34,171 bases of DNA from PVC group bacterium (GTDB taxonomy: Bacteria; Auribacterota; Erginobacteria; Erginobacterales; Erginobacteraceae): assembly GCA_043804695.1 (NCBI GenBank), contig JAZDIV010000001.1, positions 1 through 34,171 of the forward strand. Direction: 5' to 3'. Shown one piece after another: positions 28,163 through 34,171 of the stretch; the stretch's first letter is position 1; the number at the start of each line of letters is the position of its first letter. The notes beneath the pieces are model-generated. The model saw nothing but the letters and a program-made list of their open reading frames with translations, did no database searches and had not been told where the DNA came from. Made by a program: the position numbers and the translations under genes.

Positions 28163-29158
28163 GTGAATAACCAGTCGAAAAGCAAACCGATAGTTTCCCG
28201 GGATCCTCTGGTCACGATTATTATCGCGTTCCGTCATCCCGGAGAATATGTACGGGAAAGCCTGGAGAAGATCGGGGAACTCGATTACCGGAATTTCGAG
28301 GTGATCCTTCTTCCCGACGAACACATGGAAGAGATCGGGCCGGAAATAACAATCATCCCCACCGGCCCGGTCGGGCCGCCCCGGAAGAGAGACATCGGGG
28401 CGGAACAGGCCCGGGGGGAGATACTCGCTTTTATCGATGACGACGCGCATCCCCTGCCGGACTGGCTGAAGAGGGCGGTTCCCCTGTTCAGTGACGACTC
28501 GATCGCGGCGGTCGGGGGGCCGGCCATGACCCCGCCGGAAGATGACCTCTCCCGGCAGGCAGGAGGACGTGTTCTCTCCTCCTTTATGGTGGGCGGGTTC
28601 CATAGCTTTCGAAGCGTACCGGACAAAAAGAGACTGGTGGATGATTACCCGACCAGCAATCTCCTGGTCCGTAAAACGGCGTTCATGCGGGTGGGCGGAT
28701 TCAACTCCCCCTACTGGCCGGGGGAGGACACGGTTCTCTGCTGGAAACTGACCCACGAGGCCGGGATGAAAATACTGTATGATCCCGACGTGCGGGTCTG
28801 GCACCATCGCCGCCCGCTCTTTAAAAAACACTGGAACCAACTCGGCAATTACGGGCTCCACCGGGGTTATTTCGCCAGGAAATTCCCCCGGACGTCCCGG
28901 CGGTTCACTTATTTTCTTCCCTCCCTCTGGACGGCTTTCCTGTTCCTGGGCTGGCTGCCCCTGCTGTTCATCCCCGGCGGAATCTTCCTCTATGCCGCCG
29001 CGGTTCTTTTATATTTCCTGGCAGCACTGGTTACCGGGGTGAGCAGCCGGAATCTCAAAATGACTTTCATGGTCGCGGCCGGTATCGTCACCACGCATGT
29101 TGTCTATGGCCTTAACTTCATGCGCGGGCTGCTGATTAAACAACTGCCGGAAGAATAA
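28163..29158 (+). CDS. GT2 glycosyltransferase with C-terminal TM helices
   Basis: KRDIGAEQARGEILAFIDDDA, GGF and GEDT; hydrophobic C-terminus. GTG start is uncertain. Confidence 0.85.
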   Translation: MNNQSKSKPIVSRDPLVTIIIAFRHPGEYVRESLEKIGELDYRNFEVILLPDEHMEEIGPEITIIPTGPVGPPRKRDIGAEQARGEILAFIDDDAHPLPDWLKRAVPLFSDDSIAAVGGPAMTPPEDDLSRQAGGRVLSSFMVGGFHSFRSVPDKKRLVDDYPTSNLLVRKTAFMRVGGFNSPYWPGEDTVLCWKLTHEAGMKILYDPDVRVWHHRRPLFKKHWNQLGNYGLHRGYFARKFPRTSRRFTYFLPSLWTAFLFLGWLPLLFIPGGIFLYAAAVLLYFLAALVTGVSSRNLKMTFMVAAGIVTTHVVYGLNFMRGLLIKQLPEE

Positions 29159-29161
29159 AAG

Positions 29162-29563
29162 TTAATACCCCTCTACTCTTAAACCCTGAATTCGTTGAAA
29201 ATGTGTTATATCCCGGGTAATCAAAGGCAACCCATGCATCTTTGCGGTAACTCCTATTAAAAGATCCATAGTTGGTATCGAGATTCCCTTTTTTCGCAAG
29301 GTCGATTCCGCCTCTCCATAGCTGGCCGCAAAGGAATAATCCGGGTAGACGACAGTTAGCAGTTTAAACAGGCTATTAACTCGCTGTAATTCCCGCCGAG
29401 GATTAGTGGACAAACGGGCTCCTGTCTGAAGTTCACCAAGAGCGAAAACAGACGAAAAAAGTTCAACTCCGGCGAGTGTTTCCAGCTTTTGGACTGCTGG
29501 TCCTCTTTTATCTCTTTTTTGTTCCCGCAATAAATCAATCCAGAAAGAAGTATCGAGAAACAT
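29162..29563 (-). CDS. vapC: VapC PIN-domain toxin
   Basis: FLDTSFWIDLLR, conserved E (ELQTG), DLLIGVTA and LITRD..HF.RI.GL. Confidence 0.9.
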   Translation of the reverse strand: MFLDTSFWIDLLREQKRDKRGPAVQKLETLAGVELFSSVFALGELQTGARLSTNPRRELQRVNSLFKLLTVVYPDYSFAASYGEAESTLRKKGISIPTMDLLIGVTAKMHGLPLITRDITHFQRIQGLRVEGY

Positions 29564-29569
29564 GATATT

Positions 29570-29812
29570 TTACTCCTTTCCAATTACCGGAGAGTTCGCC
29601 ATTGATTCCTTTCGAGCTCGGATTATTTCTTCGGTTTTATCAAGAGTACTGTCGGATAATGTAATCTTATCGAGATTACGCAACAGATTATCAGCGGTAT
29701 GAACCGGTTTGAGTCGTCTTTTGATAACCTTGCTGAATGATTCATTTTCCCTTTTCTCCGAGGCCAGTAGATTATAAGCCTCCATGTCGATTGTAATAGT
29801 CTTAACCGCCAT
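29570..29812 (-). CDS. vapB: VapB-type antitoxin (DUF217-like)
   Basis: KTITIDMEAYNLL..EKRENESFSKVIKR; upstream of the PIN gene; AAGGAGGT RBS. Confidence 0.85.
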   Translation of the reverse strand: MAVKTITIDMEAYNLLASEKRENESFSKVIKRRLKPVHTADNLLRNLDKITLSDSTLDKTEEIIRARKESMANSPVIGKE

Positions 29813-29875
29813 AATACACCTCCTTGAATTCCTGATTATAAAGTAGCGCCGAAGGCGCTACTTTAAACACACTTA

Positions 29876-29903
29876 ACATGCACTTATATTGAGTGTATGT
29901 CAA
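29876..29903 (-). promoter_or_regulatory. vapBC promoter -35 with overlapping palindromic operator candidate
   Basis: TTGACA on the minus strand (29903-29898) overlaps ACATGCACTTA-TAT-TGAGTGTATGT. Confidence 0.55.
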
Positions 29904-29958
29904 TACGAAAAACAGGGAAAATATTTCAATCTGTATTTCTTCCGGTTATGCTAAACTC

Positions 29959-30005
29959 TATTTTTCTCTCCGCCCCGATCTTTAATCGGGGCGGAGAGAA
30001 AAATA
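29959..30005. repeat. Perfect 21-bp inverted repeat
   Basis: TATTTTTCTCTCCGCCCCGAT-CTTTA-ATCGGGGCGGAGAGAAAAATA. Confidence 0.9.
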
Positions 30006-30088
30006 ACAATTTACCGTTCTGGAATTTTTAGACTGAGTCTCTTGTCCGCCTCCGGAGAAGATGCGTCTCTGGCACACAATAAAGTGTC

Positions 30089-30152
30089 TGTGGGAGGGGT
30101 TTTCAACCCCGATTCTATCCAGCCTGGATCGGGGTTGGAAACCCTTCCCACA
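30089..30152. repeat. GTGG-family REP doublet
   Basis: TGTGGGAGGGGTTTTCAACCCCGA ... TCGGGGTTGGAAACCCTTCCCACA. Confidence 0.8.
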
Positions 30153-30205
30153 ATGGATCTATTGAAACTCCGAAGCAACAAGTTAATTTTTACGCAGCAA
30201 AAATT

Positions 30206-31810
30206 ATGAAGATATTATTTTCATATCCTCCCCTGGATACCTCAAAAGGTTTTCCCACCCTGGGGCAGAACCGGCAGTTCCAGTACTTCTCCGAGCCGAC
30301 ATTCATCTATCCGGTCGTCCCCGCCATTGCCGCCACCGGACTCCGCGACGCAGGCCACGAGGTTCTCTGGAATGATTGTCTTGCCGAAGGTATCTGCCGG
30401 GAAGAGTACTTCAAGTTGCTCGAGCGCGAAAAACCCGATCTTATCATCTTCGAAACCAAAACCCCGGTCATCAAGGAGCACTGGCAGCTGATTGATGAGA
30501 TCAAACGCCTACCGTTTACCGCTCACCGCTCACCGCTTACCGTCCTCCTCGGCGATCACGTCACCGCTTTACCGGAAGAATCCATGCAGAACTCACAGGT
30601 TGACTTCGTTCTCACCGGCGGCGACTACGACTTCCTCCTGCGCAATTTGTGTGAGAGCCTTGAGCCGGAAAATCCCCCCTTCGACTCCGCTCCCTTCGAC
30701 TTCGCTCAGGGTCTGCGACAGGATCTTCGACAATCCCCAATACTTCGGCAAGCTCAGCACATGTTCCCCAATACTTCGGCAAGCTCAGCACATGTTCCCC
30801 AATCCCTGGAACCGGGAATCTGGTATCGTGAAAGCGGCACAATTAAAACCACCGGTTCCTTTAAACTTGACCATGACCTCGATCAGGCTCCTTCCATCGA
30901 CCGGCAACTGACCAAATGGGAACTTTATGCTTATAAGAACGGGAACTACCGGCAGACACCGGGCACCTATATCATGAGCGGGCGGGACTGCTGGTGGGGG
31001 AAGTGCACCTTCTGCAGCTGGCCCCAGCTCTATCCCAAATTCCGGGTTCGATCGGTCAATAATGTGCTCGATGAGATCGGGATGATTATTAAAAAGTATC
31101 CGGTCCGCGAGATCATGGACGATACCGGAACCTTCCCCCGGGGGGAATGGCTGAGAAGCTTCTGCCGGGGCGTCATTCAGCGGGGTTATCACCATAAGAT
31201 TGGTTTTGACTGTAATTTTAGATTCGGAGCCGCTGACTTTGATGATTACCGGCTGATGAAACAGGCCGGGCTCCGCTTCCTCCTCTTCGGACTGGAGAGC
31301 GGCAACCAGGAGACACTGGATCGCCTGAACAAGAACCTGCGGGTCGAAACCATTATCGAGTCCTGCCGGATGGCCAGAAAAGCGGGTCTCTTCCCGCATA
31401 TCACCATCATGTTCGGCTATCCCTGGGAGAACTATGAGCAGGCCCGCAACACGCTCAAGCTGGGGAAGTATCTCCTGAAAAAAGGCTATGCCTACACCAT
31501 GCAGGCCACCGTCGTGGTTCCGTACCCCCGAACCCCCCTCTATGAAGAATGCCTGGAGAAGGACTGGCTGCTGACCTCCGACTGGGCTGATTTCGATATG
31601 AAACAACCGGTCATGAAGACTCCCTTTCCGGAGAAAGATCTGATGAAACTAGTCCAGGGGATGTACTCGATAGCCTATGATCCCGTATTCCTGGCCAGGA
31701 AAATGCTGAGCATCAGGGACTGGGCTGACATTCAATTCTTCCTCCGGGCCGGGAAAAAAGTCTTTGGCCATATCCGTGATTTCAAATCGGAAGAGAACCG
31801 GAAAGACTGA
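30206..31810 (+). CDS. B12-binding-type radical SAM protein carrying in-frame repeat insertions
   Basis: N-terminal B12-binding-like region (KPDLI, LLGDHVTALPEE), GRDCWWGKCTFC (CX4CX2C), RSVNNVLDEI, FGLESGNQETL and FGYPWE. Confidence 0.85.
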   Translation: MKILFSYPPLDTSKGFPTLGQNRQFQYFSEPTFIYPVVPAIAATGLRDAGHEVLWNDCLAEGICREEYFKLLEREKPDLIIFETKTPVIKEHWQLIDEIKRLPFTAHRSPLTVLLGDHVTALPEESMQNSQVDFVLTGGDYDFLLRNLCESLEPENPPFDSAPFDFAQGLRQDLRQSPILRQAQHMFPNTSASSAHVPQSLEPGIWYRESGTIKTTGSFKLDHDLDQAPSIDRQLTKWELYAYKNGNYRQTPGTYIMSGRDCWWGKCTFCSWPQLYPKFRVRSVNNVLDEIGMIIKKYPVREIMDDTGTFPRGEWLRSFCRGVIQRGYHHKIGFDCNFRFGAADFDDYRLMKQAGLRFLLFGLESGNQETLDRLNKNLRVETIIESCRMARKAGLFPHITIMFGYPWENYEQARNTLKLGKYLLKKGYAYTMQATVVVPYPRTPLYEECLEKDWLLTSDWADFDMKQPVMKTPFPEKDLMKLVQGMYSIAYDPVFLARKMLSIRDWADIQFFLRAGKKVFGHIRDFKSEENRKD

Positions 31811-31819
31811 TTGCCGGAC

Positions 31820-33190
31820 ATGCGTGCCGACGTCACAGCAAAAAATAACATTTTTAAGATTTTCCAGCGGAAAATCTTAAAAGATGAGTTCCTCCGCCAC
31901 ACCGCTATAATGTTAGTCGGGACCAAGCTGGGGGATATCTTCAATTTCATCTATCGCCTGGCCATGATCCGCCTCCTTACGGTCAAGGAGTACGGTACCC
32001 TGAACTCCCTGATCTCTTTCTCCATGATCGTCCTTTCCTTCTCGCCCTTTCAACCGGCTTTAACCAAATTCATAGCCGGTTATACTGCTCGTCAAGAATG
32101 GCCGCGGATTCGTTTTATTGTCCGGAGGTCCTGGCGCGATATTGGTACATTCTCATTAATTATACTTGCTATCTTCCTCATGGCTTCCGGATGGATCGCC
32201 GCCTTTTTAAAAATTACGGAAACTCCTTATGTGGCATTACTGGGTTTTTTCATTGCCGGCGGATTGATCATATCTGTCCCAACCGCCTTCATTCAGGGAG
32301 CCCAGTTGTTCGTGCCTCTCGCCTATCTCTCGGCTTCTTCCGCTCTCTTTAAGCTGCTGGTCGGAGTCGGGCTTGTGCTTCTGGGCCAAAAGCTGATGAT
32401 CCCCGGTCTGGCTGTCGGAGGGGCTCTGGGGGGGTATCTTATTGCCCCGCTCTCGGTTATCCTGATTGGGATAATCGTTATTAAAAAACACTTTGTCCGA
32501 CACCTGGGAATAAAAAATATAGACCCGGCTCCGATCACCATATTTCCGGTTTACCGATACTTCCTTCCCACGGCTCTGGTTATTGGTTCATTCTGGACGC
32601 TGACCAATATCGATATTATTCTGGTAAAGCATTTCTTTAGCGATCAAGCGGCCGGATCTTATTCGGTTGCCCAGATGGTGGGATTGATTATCCTTTTTCT
32701 CCCGGGGACGATCACACTGGTTCTCTACCCGAAGGCCGCATCTTCTCACGCTAAAAACGTCAGTAGCCGGGTGTTATTGATTAAAGGACTGGTCATCGTA
32801 GCCATTTTTTGCCTGCCGGCGGCTTTAATCTGCGGGGTTTTCCCCGGTCAAGTCCTGACCGTGATTAGTGGTAAAAGTAACCCGCAGAGCAATGAACTGG
32901 TTTTATGGTTTTCTCTGGCAATGAGTTTATATGCCCTATCCATGTTGGTTATTTATTATCACTTAGCGGTTCATAACACAAAAATTGTTCTTCCACTTAT
33001 CCTGCTGGCGGCGGCGGAGACCGGGGCGATCTCTCTTTATCATCCAACGTTAATATCGGTGCTCTATATTGTATTCGGGTATTCAGTCATGACTTTCATA
33101 GTCTCTCTTTTTATGCTCCGGCACATCCCGAGCGATAGAAAACCGACAAATGAAAGAGCTGATGTTGATCCAAACGTGGAAACCGGGTAG
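31820..33190 (+). CDS. Oligosaccharide flippase (Wzx/MOP family)
   Basis: Many TM helices, RLLTVKEYG, NIDIILVKHFFS..AGSYS and LYPKA; located in a glycosyltransferase cluster. Confidence 0.8.
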   Translation: MRADVTAKNNIFKIFQRKILKDEFLRHTAIMLVGTKLGDIFNFIYRLAMIRLLTVKEYGTLNSLISFSMIVLSFSPFQPALTKFIAGYTARQEWPRIRFIVRRSWRDIGTFSLIILAIFLMASGWIAAFLKITETPYVALLGFFIAGGLIISVPTAFIQGAQLFVPLAYLSASSALFKLLVGVGLVLLGQKLMIPGLAVGGALGGYLIAPLSVILIGIIVIKKHFVRHLGIKNIDPAPITIFPVYRYFLPTALVIGSFWTLTNIDIILVKHFFSDQAAGSYSVAQMVGLIILFLPGTITLVLYPKAASSHAKNVSSRVLLIKGLVIVAIFCLPAALICGVFPGQVLTVISGKSNPQSNELVLWFSLAMSLYALSMLVIYYHLAVHNTKIVLPLILLAAAETGAISLYHPTLISVLYIVFGYSVMTFIVSLFMLRHIPSDRKPTNERADVDPNVETG

Positions 33191-33192
33191 TT

Positions 33193-34038
33193 ATGAACCG
33201 AATTGACATCTCTATTATTATTACCACAAAAAATGAAGAGCGGCACATCGGAGACTGCCTCCGTTCTATCAAGGGACAGAGATATCCCCAGGAACGGATA
33301 GAGATCATCGTTGTTGACAACAACTCCACCGACAATACCAAGGAAATTGCCTCCCGTTTTAATGCCCGTGTCTACAACAAAGGTCCGGAACGCTCTGTCC
33401 AGCGAAATTTCGGGATTTCGAAATCAAGGGGCAGATATATTCTTTACCTGGACGCAGATATGATTTTAAGCAAAGATGTGATTTCTGAATGCTATCAAAA
33501 GTGCGAGAAAGAAGGTCTTATAGCTTTATATATTCCGGAAAGGATCATCGGTCAGGGTTTCTGGACAATGGTAAGGGATTTTGAGCGCAGCTTTTACAAT
33601 GCTACCTGCATAGATGCAGTGAGGTTTGTCCGAAAAGAAGCAGCTGTTTCCATAAACGGTTTTGACGAATCCCTGAATGGACCGGAAGACTGGGATTTTG
33701 ATCGAAGGATCAAAGACATAGGGCAAGTGGGTATAATAAAAAGCCCCCTGTATCATAACGAGGTCCCGTTCAAATTCGGCAGGTATTTTTCAAAAAAGAT
33801 TTATTATTCAAAAAATTTCGAACAGTACATTCAGAAATGGGGATCTCCCGACGCCATAACGAGGAGGCAACTAGGTTTTTACTACAGGTTATTTGGCGTA
33901 TTTATAGAAATCCATAAATGGAAGAAGTTATTACGGCACCCCCTGTTGACTTTTGGAATGTATTTTCTGAGAATTTTGATAGGATTTAACTATTTAATCT
34001 ACGGTATGAAAACCCATAGAGATAATGCTCATGGATAA
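33193..34038 (+). CDS. GT2 glycosyltransferase
   Basis: SIIITTKNEE, VVDNNSTD, QRNFG, YLDAD and GFDE..GPEDWD. Confidence 0.9.
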   Translation: MNRIDISIIITTKNEERHIGDCLRSIKGQRYPQERIEIIVVDNNSTDNTKEIASRFNARVYNKGPERSVQRNFGISKSRGRYILYLDADMILSKDVISECYQKCEKEGLIALYIPERIIGQGFWTMVRDFERSFYNATCIDAVRFVRKEAAVSINGFDESLNGPEDWDFDRRIKDIGQVGIIKSPLYHNEVPFKFGRYFSKKIYYSKNFEQYIQKWGSPDAITRRQLGFYYRLFGVFIEIHKWKKLLRHPLLTFGMYFLRILIGFNYLIYGMKTHRDNAHG

Positions 34039-34171
34039 ACAGCAACTTTATGCTCACCATTACCAAGAACAGCAGGCCTTCTACAAGCAGCACCGATTGG
34101 ATATGTTCAAGACTTCTGATAGATATCGTATGTTTGTTGATATTATCAAGAAGTATTCCCCGGAACGTTTT
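34031..34171 (+). CDS. 5' part of a CDS truncated by the window end (function unknown)
   Basis: ATG at 34031 overlaps the previous stop; open to the window end (MDKQQLYAHHYQEQQAFYKQHRLDMFK...). Confidence 0.6.
   Translation, partial: MDKQQLYAHHYQEQQAFYKQHRLDMFKTSDRYRMFVDIIKKYSPERF

Overview
Bacterial chromosomal window with GC-rich coding regions and AT-rich intergenic spacers. The soluble PAS kinase/NtrC pair and the hom-apgM-lysC-cimA order tentatively suggest a PVC-superphylum-like diderm. Gene content is mostly housekeeping: yggT/yggU, a sigma-54 two-component system, a thioesterase, a GT-C-like membrane protein, an outer-membrane barrel, tRNA-Pro(GGG), hom, apgM-like, lysC, cimA, valS, nadC, coaX, mnmA, cinA-thpR-recA-recX-alaS, then a surface-glycan cluster interrupted by a vapBC pair. 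No transposase, integrase or CRISPR array is visible. The unusual signal is non-coding. Most larger spacers, and several genes, carry small palindromic elements: AT-stem hairpins with C-GNA-G triloops at or just before six start codons, TCCCGA..TCGGGA micro-palindromes, REP doublets, 7/8/9-nt tandem-repeat foldback elements and a MITE-like unit. These are nested in one another, replace the anticodon arm of a duplicated tRNA fragment, and add amino acids to several proteins. All calls come from reading the sequence by eye; no searches or folding programs were run.
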